This document shows, in pieces, positions 52,603 to 60,839 of a DNA stretch of 61,291 bases. Position 1 is the stretch's first letter; each line of letters opens with the position of its first letter. The DNA is from Candidatus Adlerbacteria bacterium (GTDB lineage Bacteria; Patescibacteriota; Minisyncoccia; Phycocordibacterales; SBAW01), in NCBI GenBank assembly GCA_028286685.1, contig JAQBRA010000003.1, forward strand, positions 1-61,291. The letters are read 5' to 3'. The position numbers were made by a program, and so were the translations under genes. Under the pieces are notes generated by a model, which ran no database searches, was not told the DNA's origin, and was given only the letters and a program-made list of their open reading frames with translations.

Positions 52603-53890
52603 TATCCTCGTTATATTCCCCTGGATTGCGCCTCGAGGCAATGCGGTACAGCGTGTAGCTGCTGAGACCTCCGGCAAAGCGTGCTGCGACGACCGCGACT
52701 ATAAGCCCCCACAACCCCCACCCGACTACTCCTATGAGCGTAAAGAGTATCTTGGAGGTGTGACTTATTACTCCGTCAATATACTGCTCCTTTATAAGAC
52801 GCTTGGAGGTGAGATAGGACATGCTCGGTATAAAGGGGAGCGATAGCAGGTAGAGCGCATAAAACTGCGAATATGGCACTGCGTTCATGTAGCGCGGAAA
52901 GAGCATCTCAAACAGGTAGGGCGCCAGCGGTATATAAACTGCGCTCGACACGATGCCGAAAGCCAGCAACAACAGCGATTTGTTGCGCATGCTGTTGCGG
53001 ATGTTGGCTGAAAGGTGGCTCGCAAACCGGGCCTGCAGCATGCCGTCAAGATTTTTTAGCGGCCCCTTCAGTTGGTCGGGTATGCCGGTGGCAAAGTTGT
53101 ATACCGCCAGTTGAGCCGGCCCTACGAATTGAAAGAGCAGTATCTGGTCGAGGTTGCTGGCCACGCCGCCTAATATGCCCATAAAGCTTAGGTGCTTGCT
53201 GTAGGTAAGCATGCCCGGATCTTTCTGGCCCCGCTCTGCCCGGTAGGCCTTAAGAGTGCGGTAGTAAAAAAAGAGAGCCCCGGCGGCATTAGAGATAAAA
53301 TATGCCAGCACTACTGCGAGCGGGTCGTGGGTCAGGAACGCCGTGGCAATAAGCGCCGCTGAGGGAAGGAGCATTACGGCGCCGATCATATAGATGGTCT
53401 GCCGGGCAAAGTCCTTTTTTGCCGCTAAAAAGGGCGAGTACAGATTGGCGCTGGCGATAAAGGGTGCCAGGCAGCCGCCAACCAGCATCCCGACACCCAG
53501 CAGGAAGTTGCCTTGTAAAAGATAGTAGCCGCCGATGGCGAGCGCGCCTGCAAACATAAGGATGCTCCATCGCAGACTGATACGAAATCCTTCGGGCAGT
53601 GCCCCGTCAAAGCCCCGGGCGGCCGACTGCAGTACCGAGGTGCTCAGCCCGCTGAGCGAGGCAATAGACAAAAGAGACACAAGCGATAGTACGTACTTAT
53701 ATTGCCCGTACTGGTCCTGGTTCAAATAGCGCGCCAGCAACACCGAAACGGCAAGTACGGACAAGGAGGACACAATCTGTCCCACTATTGCCCAAAACCC
53801 GCCATGAGCGAGGTACAGCATGTCTACTTTGGTATACTGCTCGCTCCAGCGCAAAAGGCGGTAGGTAAGCTCCCTTGAGCGGGTGATCAT
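52595..53890 (-). CDS. Polysaccharide/oligosaccharide flippase (Wzx, MOP superfamily)
   Basis: 431 aa, ~12 TM. The N-terminal pattern ...GGFWAIVGQIVSSLSVLAVSVLLARYLNQDQYGQYKYVLSL is typical of polysaccharide biosynthesis (Wzx-like) proteins. Confidence 0.8.
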   Translation of the reverse strand: MITRSRELTYRLLRWSEQYTKVDMLYLAHGGFWAIVGQIVSSLSVLAVSVLLARYLNQDQYGQYKYVLSLVSLLSIASLSGLSTSVLQSAARGFDGALPEGFRISLRWSILMFAGALAIGGYYLLQGNFLLGVGMLVGGCLAPFIASANLYSPFLAAKKDFARQTIYMIGAVMLLPSAALIATAFLTHDPLAVVLAYFISNAAGALFFYYRTLKAYRAERGQKDPGMLTYSKHLSFMGILGGVASNLDQILLFQFVGPAQLAVYNFATGIPDQLKGPLKNLDGMLQARFASHLSANIRNSMRNKSLLLLAFGIVSSAVYIPLAPYLFEMLFPRYMNAVPYSQFYALYLLSLPFIPSMSYLTSKRLIKEQYIDGVISHTSKILFTLIGVVGWGLWGLIVAVVAARFAGGLSSYTLYRIASRRNPGEYNEDNA

Positions 53891-53980
53891 ATAAGCCTAT
53901 TCTAACCCGTTTGGGACCCTAAAAGTTCCCTTTTCAGGGCTCCAATTTTACCGCCCAAAGTAATAGTATAGTTAGGAGGA

Positions 53981-54400
53981 ATGACGACTTTCATAAAAAA
54001 CACCTACCTGTACCTGGTAACCCTGCCGGACCGCCTGTACCCCTTTAGGTGCGAGATAGAAGGGCAGTGGGTACGCGGCCGGCGCTCCTACGAGCAGGCG
54101 GTCGAGCGGGCGCTTGTGCAGCATGGGCTGCACCGGCTGGGGTACAAGCTCACGCTCTATCGCGAGACCTTTCATTTTGTAGGGTCGGTCGTGCTCGTCG
54201 TCGCAGCCACCATAGTTTCCAAAACATTCTTCGGGAGCGAGACCGCGCTGTATGTGCTGCTTGGTACGGTAATAGTGGCCCTGTTCTTCCAGGAGTTTTA
54301 CCTGCATCCAAAACTGTACGGGCAGCGATATAAGAAGGGAGTCATAGACCTGCTTTCCTGGATAACTCCCATGGCCGCGTACTTCTTCCTGTTCAAATAA
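53981..54400 (+). CDS. Hypothetical membrane protein (139 aa)
   Basis: Three hydrophobic helices in the C-terminal half. TATAGT (53967-53972) lies 8 nt upstream. The AGGAGG at 53974-53979 is only 1 nt from the ATG, so it is probably not a functional SD. Confidence 0.5.
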   Translation: MTTFIKNTYLYLVTLPDRLYPFRCEIEGQWVRGRRSYEQAVERALVQHGLHRLGYKLTLYRETFHFVGSVVLVVAATIVSKTFFGSETALYVLLGTVIVALFFQEFYLHPKLYGQRYKKGVIDLLSWITPMAAYFFLFK

Positions 54401-54472
54401 AGCAACCTTTACATTCTTCAGCCTGCGTGTTACTTTTCTCTCCGGAACAGAATCACAACCCAGGAGGATGTT

Positions 54473-54904
54473 ATGAGATGCGCCCTGATCGTTGCCGGCC
54501 TGCTCTCGGTTTTTGCAGGAGCGGGACTAGCTTATGCGGAAGCCCCGGAATCTGCGCCGAGTTCGCAAATGGCCGAGCCTGCTCCGGCAAAGCGCGTGTA
54601 TTGGAATGCGGTCGCGGGCGGTATCTGGAACAGCGCCGACGGTGCCGTTCAGGTTGCTATCGGCTACTCCGGCGCTCGGAATTCGTCGTCTGAAGCAAAA
54701 GCCAGCGCGTTACGGGCATGCAAGCAGTCGGGAAGGAACTGCGAAGCGGGCGAGGCTTTCAATTTCGGCTGTCTCTATATAACCACCGGGCGAAAAAAAG
54801 GTGCCGCCGGCTGGGTATCGCGCGCTACGTCTGCCGACACCACAAAGCGCTGCAACGAAGTATATGCAAGCTGCAAGACGCCCATCGGCGGCTGCGTCGA
54901 GTAG
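54473..54904 (+). CDS. Secreted Cys-containing protein, DUF4189-like
   Basis: Signal peptide MRCALIVAGLLSVFAGAGLAYA. The pattern GYSGARNSSSEAKASALRACKQSGRNCEAGEAFNFGC resembles DUF4189. AGGAGG (54462-54467) lies 5 nt upstream. Confidence 0.55.
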   Translation: MRCALIVAGLLSVFAGAGLAYAEAPESAPSSQMAEPAPAKRVYWNAVAGGIWNSADGAVQVAIGYSGARNSSSEAKASALRACKQSGRNCEAGEAFNFGCLYITTGRKKGAAGWVSRATSADTTKRCNEVYASCKTPIGGCVE

Positions 54905-55004
54905 TAACAAGTAAACTTGCCGCCCTGGAACTCCGGGGCGGCTTTTCTTTTTACCTATCCGGCTGTATTGTCTTTTGCAGCACTGGTTCATCAGGGAGAA
55001 AGAT

Positions 55005-55298
55005 ATGAATCGCGTAGAGGCTAGAAAAGCCGTTGAGGCGCTCGCCCAGTTTGATGAAGATACGAGTCTCCTCATGGCAAACAGGGAAGAGTTGCTGGCC
55101 GTGCACCCCAACCAATGGGCGGCGGTCTACAAGGGCGACATAAGCGTTGCTCGTGCGTTGACGGAGTGCGTCAGGGGGCTGGGCGAGAATGCGCCGTTTG
55201 CAGCGATGACCTTCCTCGACCCCAGCCGCAAGACCTTCATTCTCGCCAAGGGCCCCCAAAGCCTCAATCCGCTCGATCTTTTGGCTGAGCGGCCTTAA
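55005..55298 (+). CDS. Hypothetical small protein (97 aa), possibly DUF5678-like
   Basis: AGGGAG (54993-54998) lies 6 nt upstream. The segment ELLAVHPNQWAAVYKGDISVA resembles DUF5678-type small proteins (weak). Confidence 0.4.
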   Translation: MNRVEARKAVEALAQFDEDTSLLMANREELLAVHPNQWAAVYKGDISVARALTECVRGLGENAPFAAMTFLDPSRKTFILAKGPQSLNPLDLLAERP

Positions 55299-55466
55299 TC
55301 GAAATCTGTCCGGCGAGCCTCATGACAACGTACATTATGGCGTAACGATTACCGAGGCGGTCGAAAAAGCTATTACATAAAGAGCGTCTGTTATTACATT
55401 GGCGACCACTATCTGTGGCCGCCAATTATTTTTAGCGAAACGGTCCCCAGTAATCCACAGGGGCCC

Positions 55467-55494
55467 TTGCCCTCATAATAAAGTGGCGTATTAT
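55467..55494 (+). promoter_or_regulatory. Sigma70-like promoter (TTGCCC-16-TATTAT)
   Basis: The -10 ends 7 nt before ATG 55502, which predicts a leaderless transcript. Confidence 0.5.
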
Positions 55495-55501
55495 TTAATT
55501 C

Positions 55502-56056
55502 ATGAATGATTCACTCAGACGCCTCTGGCGGTGGGTGCGCTGGCCTCTAACTCTTTTGGCCCTGGGTTTTATTGTGCTGGTTGCTTGGCGTCTTAAGCTG
55601 CTCTATGAGCAGGATGACACTAATGCTGCGGTGGCGGCCATACACGCCAACCGGCTTACTCAAGAAGATGTATTTGGCGATCTGCCGCCCGAGCCTAACG
55701 AGGCGGAAAATAACGCGACCCTGGCGGGCATCGACTCAAATAACAATGGCATCCGCGACGATGTCGAGCGTGCCATTTACTTTAAGTATCAAGAATCAGC
55801 TAAGGCAGCTGCTCCAGCATTCCAGTACGCCAAGGCACTCCAGATGGAATTCACCCGTGTCTATAATTCCGAAACTTTGGTGGCGGTGATACAAGAGGAG
55901 GGTAGAGGTTATTCCTGTGTATATGGGAGAGAAGAGGAAGTTGAGAATTTAGTTTTCAATACGGAAATGAGAAAGAAATTTAGAGAAGATATTCGAGAGA
56001 AGTTTATGACTTCCTATAAATCATTAAATGAAGAAGATTGCGACATTATCCTTTAG
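55502..56056 (+). CDS. Hypothetical membrane-anchored protein with EF-hand/dockerin-like Ca-loop
   Basis: N-terminal TM (WPLTLLALGFIVLVAW) and a DSNNNGIRDDVE loop. Lower GC than the flanks. Overlaps the next gene by 29 nt. Confidence 0.5.
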   Translation: MNDSLRRLWRWVRWPLTLLALGFIVLVAWRLKLLYEQDDTNAAVAAIHANRLTQEDVFGDLPPEPNEAENNATLAGIDSNNNGIRDDVERAIYFKYQESAKAAAPAFQYAKALQMEFTRVYNSETLVAVIQEEGRGYSCVYGREEEVENLVFNTEMRKKFREDIREKFMTSYKSLNEEDCDIIL

Positions 56057-58454
56057 TTTTCTACTGCTCACACCATTAGTGACGCAGGCTGCATGTATCA
56101 GCCAGGGCTCAACAGTTGTCTACATAAACGGGATTTTTACTAATTTGGCGACTGCACAAGCTGATTTGGACAAACTAAGAACTGAGTATAGAAAGCAGAC
56201 TAAAGATTATTCAGTTGATTTTATAAACGGCTACAACGAATCACACTTGGCAGGCGCAGGGGATCTGGTCCAAAGTGTTGCCCAAATGATGGGGTCTTCG
56301 GTATCCGGCTACGACCTCAATACCATTCTTCTGCAAATTCATCCTCAAATAACGACGCGCAAGGTTCTCCTGGTTGGTCATTCGCAGGGCGCCTTTTATG
56401 CGAATGCCTTGTACGACTATTTCCTTTCGCATGGTGCGCCGCGCCAGGCAACAGGCGTATACGCCATAGGTACGCCGGCCCTTTCAGTTGCCGACGGCGG
56501 CGGGTATTTAAATTCCACGAATGACACCATGCTCAATACTATTGATGCAGTGGTCGGTGCGTCGCCGCTTTCGTGCAACATCACGCTCCCTGTTGCCGAC
56601 GCCGACAAATCCAGCACATGGCCGGGTCATGGGCTTAGTCGTGCCTACTTGGCGGAGGGCGCTGACAGGGTGGTGGGTGATATCAAGGCAGAACTTGATG
56701 CGCTCAAGTCGGTGTCTGCATCGGAAACAGGCGAGTGCTTTACGCCGCCAGCCCAAGGCATCGGCTACCAGGCAGCCAAGGCGGGCTTTGTGGTGGCCGA
56801 CACGACAGCCAATGGTGTTAAGGCGGGATTGGGCGCCGCGCAAGTAGCGGGTGTTGCCATAGCAAACGCCATGGGCGCTACGGCAGCGGGCGCATTTAAC
56901 TTGGCTAAAAAAGTCGCAAGCGATGCGGGGGTAACGGCCGGCGGCCTGGCTGAAATATCGCAGGCAGCCGACGGCGAGCATCGCCCGACCAACTTTGATA
57001 TTTTCTCCAAACTCTATGGATCGAGCCTGACCAAAGACGAGTATGTAGAGTTCTTGGGCAGTGCCGTAGCTACCGCTCCGGTGTTTGCTCCCGATCCCGA
57101 ACCGGTAGTGCAGGAAACAGTAGAGTCGAAAACACCTGAGACAAAAATAATTTATCTAGGCAATGCGCGCGGCCCAGCCGAACCGGGCTTGGCCGATAAT
57201 GCTGCTGAGACTCCCGCTAATGATCCTGTGGCAACGACCTCGGATCCCGTTGCCTCAACAACAGATCCGGTTGCAACAACTACGCCGCTTGCGGCATCCT
57301 CTACTCCTTCGGCCTTGGCAGGAACAATCGTTATAAGCGAACTTTCATGGGGCGGCACCTGGTCCGACCCGGCCGATCAGTGGATAGAACTCTATAACCG
57401 CTCAAACGACGACATAGACTTGGCCAGCACGTCGCTCGTTGTAGACAGTAGCGTCCCTGTTCTGTTGGCGGGCACCATCCACTCGAAAGGTTTTGTGGTC
57501 ATTCAGCGCGTAAGCGGCGCGATACGCGGCGGCAATCCTCCCGAAGTTCTAACAATTAATTTTGGCTTGCTCGGCAGCGACCCTTCGCAACTCTCTCTTA
57601 TTGATACCGACGGCAAGCTTATCGATGCGACTCCTGCCAAGGGCGCCTGCGGCAACCACTGGTGTGCCGGGAGTTTAGCCAATGACGGCTATGCCGATGC
57701 ATACGGCAATGCGACGCCAGTGTCTATGGAGCGCATCGATGCAGGTGAGGAGGGGACCGATCCGGATAACTGGGCATCAAATGACGGCTTTACGATACAG
57801 AGGAGCGAGCGCAACCAGCAACCCATAGTGGGAACGCCCGGCGCAGAAAACAGTAAACATTGGCCAGTTCGAGGATTCTTCTGTGGAGAAGATGGTGAAA
57901 TGCTGCTGCCTGGCGAACCGGCAGTTGCGTACGAGCCTGGGGACTCAGGTTGCACTGCGCTCATGGGCGCGCCTCGCGGGATCTCAGTCGGCGGCTCAAT
58001 ATTTGTGGGTGAGGTTGGTAGTTCCACTGAACTGCGAGGCATTAATTTCCCGGGCCGTTTCTCCGGCGGCAACCGCAAATGGGGCACGGTCAATTTCTCC
58101 GATCCGGAGCCAGGCGAATACTTTGTGGGGATGTGGGAGTACAGCACCGACATCGGTTCAAACTTTAGCGCCAACCGCATAGGCGATATGTATTCTTACC
58201 TCAAGACTGGTGTTCAAAACGACGGCACGTCCGGCGCCCCCAACCTGAACTACGTCGTAATACCTTTCATAATCGAAGGCGCGGCTGCGCCTGCAGGACT
58301 CCTTAGGTCAGCCGGCGCTCCTGATCCGGAACATTTCCAGCCTGATGACACTAAAACAACTGAAGATCTGCCAAGCAACGACTCTGCTCCCGATGCTGAA
58401 TCCGATGATTCCGGACTGGACCTTGTCCAGGACCGTAATGTTGGCTCCTCGTAA
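56028..58454 (+). CDS. Large secreted protein: N-terminal alpha/beta-hydrolase (lipase-like, GHSQG) domain + Ala/Pro linker + lamin-tail domain (LTD) + C-terminal domain
   Basis: Signal peptide MKKIATLSFSFLLLTPLVTQA. Nucleophile elbow LLVGHSQGAFYA. LTD signature IVISELSWGGTWSDPADQWIELYN. Confidence 0.8.
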   Translation: MKKIATLSFSFLLLTPLVTQAACISQGSTVVYINGIFTNLATAQADLDKLRTEYRKQTKDYSVDFINGYNESHLAGAGDLVQSVAQMMGSSVSGYDLNTILLQIHPQITTRKVLLVGHSQGAFYANALYDYFLSHGAPRQATGVYAIGTPALSVADGGGYLNSTNDTMLNTIDAVVGASPLSCNITLPVADADKSSTWPGHGLSRAYLAEGADRVVGDIKAELDALKSVSASETGECFTPPAQGIGYQAAKAGFVVADTTANGVKAGLGAAQVAGVAIANAMGATAAGAFNLAKKVASDAGVTAGGLAEISQAADGEHRPTNFDIFSKLYGSSLTKDEYVEFLGSAVATAPVFAPDPEPVVQETVESKTPETKIIYLGNARGPAEPGLADNAAETPANDPVATTSDPVASTTDPVATTTPLAASSTPSALAGTIVISELSWGGTWSDPADQWIELYNRSNDDIDLASTSLVVDSSVPVLLAGTIHSKGFVVIQRVSGAIRGGNPPEVLTINFGLLGSDPSQLSLIDTDGKLIDATPAKGACGNHWCAGSLANDGYADAYGNATPVSMERIDAGEEGTDPDNWASNDGFTIQRSERNQQPIVGTPGAENSKHWPVRGFFCGEDGEMLLPGEPAVAYEPGDSGCTALMGAPRGISVGGSIFVGEVGSSTELRGINFPGRFSGGNRKWGTVNFSDPEPGEYFVGMWEYSTDIGSNFSANRIGDMYSYLKTGVQNDGTSGAPNLNYVVIPFIIEGAAAPAGLLRSAGAPDPEHFQPDDTKTTEDLPSNDSAPDAESDDSGLDLVQDRNVGSS

Positions 58455-58460
58455 AGGCTT

Positions 58461-58489
58461 TTGCCTCGCTGGATAGGGTGGGGTAGTAT
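58461..58489 (+). promoter_or_regulatory. Sigma70-like promoter (TTGCCT-17-TAGTAT)
   Basis: The -10 ends 9 nt before ATG 58499. Confidence 0.55.
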
Positions 58490-58498
58490 TACTCCATT

Positions 58499-60742
58499 AT
58501 GAATTACACAACGTACCTGCGCTGGGGGGTTATTAGCGCTCTTTTTGCCACGCTTTTTATACCGTTTGTCATCGCCGACGGGCAGTCGTTTACCAACCTC
58601 TTCTTCCCGTACATCACGGGCAAGAACTTTCTCTTCCGCATTTTGGTAGAGATCGCCCTGGCGCTCTACGTCATCCTCGCTATTCGCGACCCCAAGTACC
58701 GGCCGCGCATGAGCTGGCTCATGTGGGCGGGGCTGGCCTTTGTGGCATGGATGGCTGTCGCAACGGCACTATCCGTTGATCCGCTTAAGAGCTTCTGGAG
58801 CAACTTCGAGCGCATGGAGGGCTATGTCGGCCTCTTCCATGTCTTTGTCTTCTTTGTCATCTCGGGCGCGGTGCTTGCGGCGGGCAACTTGTGGGAGCGC
58901 TTCTTCAACACCTCGATAGGCGCCTCTATGGTGATGGGCCTGTACGCGCTCTTTCAGGGGCTTGAGCTGTTCGGTCTGCATCCTTCCTCGCAGTCGGGAG
59001 CGCGCGCGGACACCAGCTTCGGCAACGCTACCTACTTGGCGGTGTACATGCTCTTCAATATCTTTATTACGCTGTTTATGCTCTCGCGCGCCTCGGCCCG
59101 TGGCCGCGTTGCTCCTTGGCTCCAGAGCGCCTACGGCTTGGCGCTCGTCCTGCAATTTACCGGCCTCTATCTGACGCAGACTCGCGGCGCGCTCTTGGGC
59201 GCCATTGGCGGCATCATTATCGCCATGATCTGGATCTCCTGGCGCGCAGACAGCGAGGCCAAGTGGAAGAATTTGCGCAGCTGGTCGCTGGGCGGCCTGG
59301 TAGTTATCGTGCTTTTGGCGGGCGGCTTCCTGGCCTTGCGCGATACGCTCAAGACCCAGGGCGGCACGATAGGGCGCCTCGCTTCGATATCGTTTAATGA
59401 TCCGACGACTATCGCCCGTTTCAAGTACATCTGGCCTACCGCACTGGCTGGGGTGAAGGAGCGCCCGCTCATCGGGTGGGGCCAGGAAAACTTCAGCTTC
59501 GTCTTCAACGAGCATTACCGCCCCGAAATGTGGAGCCAGGAGCAGTGGTTTGATAGGGCGCACAACCAGTTCCTCGACTGGCTCGTTGCGGGCGGCATTC
59601 CGGCGTTCCTCCTCTATATATCGTTCTTCGTGCTTGCGGCATGGTCTATCATCCGCTCCGATAGGCTGAGCGTGCCCGAACAGGCGGCGCTCCTGGGCGT
59701 CTTAGCGGGCATCGGGTTTAACAACCTGTTCGTCTTCGACAACCTCATGAGCTCGGTCTACTTCTTCGCCATCTTGGCGTTTGTGCACGGATTGAGCGCG
59801 CGCGAATTGCCGGGCAAGCTCTGGCTGTCGCGCCCCGCGAGCGACCACGCGGTTGCGGTTGCCGCTCCTCTTATAGTCATTGCAGTATTGGTCGGCGGCT
59901 GGGCGCTCAATGCACCGGGCATGGCACGCGCATCATCGCTTACGCGAACGCTTTCTTCAGCGCAGGATCCGGCAGCAGCTCTAGCGGGCTACAAAGAATC
60001 TCTCGGTGCCGGCGCTTGGCCGGGTACGCCGCTTGGCTACCAAGAGGCAACCGAGCAGCTGGTCAGCTACGCCGGCAACAGCATTGCGCCCTCACAGGTG
60101 GCAACCCCGGTAAAGCAGGAGTACTACCAGCTCTCGCTGGATGCAGCGAGCAAGCTTATGGAGGGGCGTCCGGGCGATGCACGCCTCGAGCTCTTCTTGA
60201 GTGGCTTGTATGGCCAATTCGGACAGCTGGCCGATGCGCTCGCGCACGCGCAGAAAGCGCTTGAGCTTTCTCCGGGCAAGCAGCAGATACTCTTCCAGCT
60301 AGGATTGGTGCAGTTGAGCGCCGACGACAAGGCCGCCGCCGTGGCGACGTTCAAGCAGGCCTATGACGAGGCCCCGGAGAATGAGCAGGCGCTGGTCTAC
60401 TACGCCGCAGGCCTGTATGCCGTCGGCAATGTATCCGCGGCCGATGCGCTGCTTGTTGGCCGCTACGGATCTGCGGTCGTAGACAATGCTCAGCTCGTGC
60501 AGATTTTCACCCAGCTTAAGATGTACGACCGCGTCATTGCGGTATGGAAGCTGCGCGTCGAGAAGAACCCTAAAGACCTCGACACCAACTTGGGGCTGGC
60601 GCAGGCGTACTTTATGGCGGGCCGCATGGCAGAGACTATCGCGCAGCTCAAGAAGATGCAGCAGGACAACCCCACGCAGGCTGCCGCAATACAAAACCTC
60701 ATCGACCAGATCAACAAGGGCGAGATCAAGCCCGGACAGTAA
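58499..60742 (+). CDS. O-antigen ligase/polymerase-family (Wzy_C) membrane protein fused to C-terminal TPR repeats
   Basis: ~12 TM. Wzy_C-type blocks LYLTQTRGALLGAIGG and RAHNQFLDWLVAGGIPAFLLY. The C-terminal ~270 aa contain TPR-like repeats (LGLAQAYFMAGRMAETIAQLKKM). Confidence 0.82.
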   Translation: MNYTTYLRWGVISALFATLFIPFVIADGQSFTNLFFPYITGKNFLFRILVEIALALYVILAIRDPKYRPRMSWLMWAGLAFVAWMAVATALSVDPLKSFWSNFERMEGYVGLFHVFVFFVISGAVLAAGNLWERFFNTSIGASMVMGLYALFQGLELFGLHPSSQSGARADTSFGNATYLAVYMLFNIFITLFMLSRASARGRVAPWLQSAYGLALVLQFTGLYLTQTRGALLGAIGGIIIAMIWISWRADSEAKWKNLRSWSLGGLVVIVLLAGGFLALRDTLKTQGGTIGRLASISFNDPTTIARFKYIWPTALAGVKERPLIGWGQENFSFVFNEHYRPEMWSQEQWFDRAHNQFLDWLVAGGIPAFLLYISFFVLAAWSIIRSDRLSVPEQAALLGVLAGIGFNNLFVFDNLMSSVYFFAILAFVHGLSARELPGKLWLSRPASDHAVAVAAPLIVIAVLVGGWALNAPGMARASSLTRTLSSAQDPAAALAGYKESLGAGAWPGTPLGYQEATEQLVSYAGNSIAPSQVATPVKQEYYQLSLDAASKLMEGRPGDARLELFLSGLYGQFGQLADALAHAQKALELSPGKQQILFQLGLVQLSADDKAAAVATFKQAYDEAPENEQALVYYAAGLYAVGNVSAADALLVGRYGSAVVDNAQLVQIFTQLKMYDRVIAVWKLRVEKNPKDLDTNLGLAQAYFMAGRMAETIAQLKKMQQDNPTQAAAIQNLIDQINKGEIKPGQ

Positions 60743-60812
60743 TAGCAGAGGTGTATACTAAGGGGCGTGAGTGCAACCAGCGGGTTGTACCAAAACACAG
60801 TCCTGCGAAAGC

Positions 60813-60834
60813 GGCCCTCCTCGGGGGCCATTTT
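60813..60834 (+). terminator. Weak hairpin + T-tract after Wzy_C-TPR gene
   Basis: GGCCC-TCCTCGG-GGGCC is followed by ATTTT. The stem is only 5 bp. Confidence 0.4.
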
Positions 60835-60839
60835 CGTTT

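Noticed and set aside
53974-53979. AGGAGG immediately upstream of ATG 53981 as a Shine-Dalgarno site
   Set aside because: A spacing of 1 nt to the start codon is too short for SD function. A TATAGT 8 nt upstream fits the leaderless pattern better.
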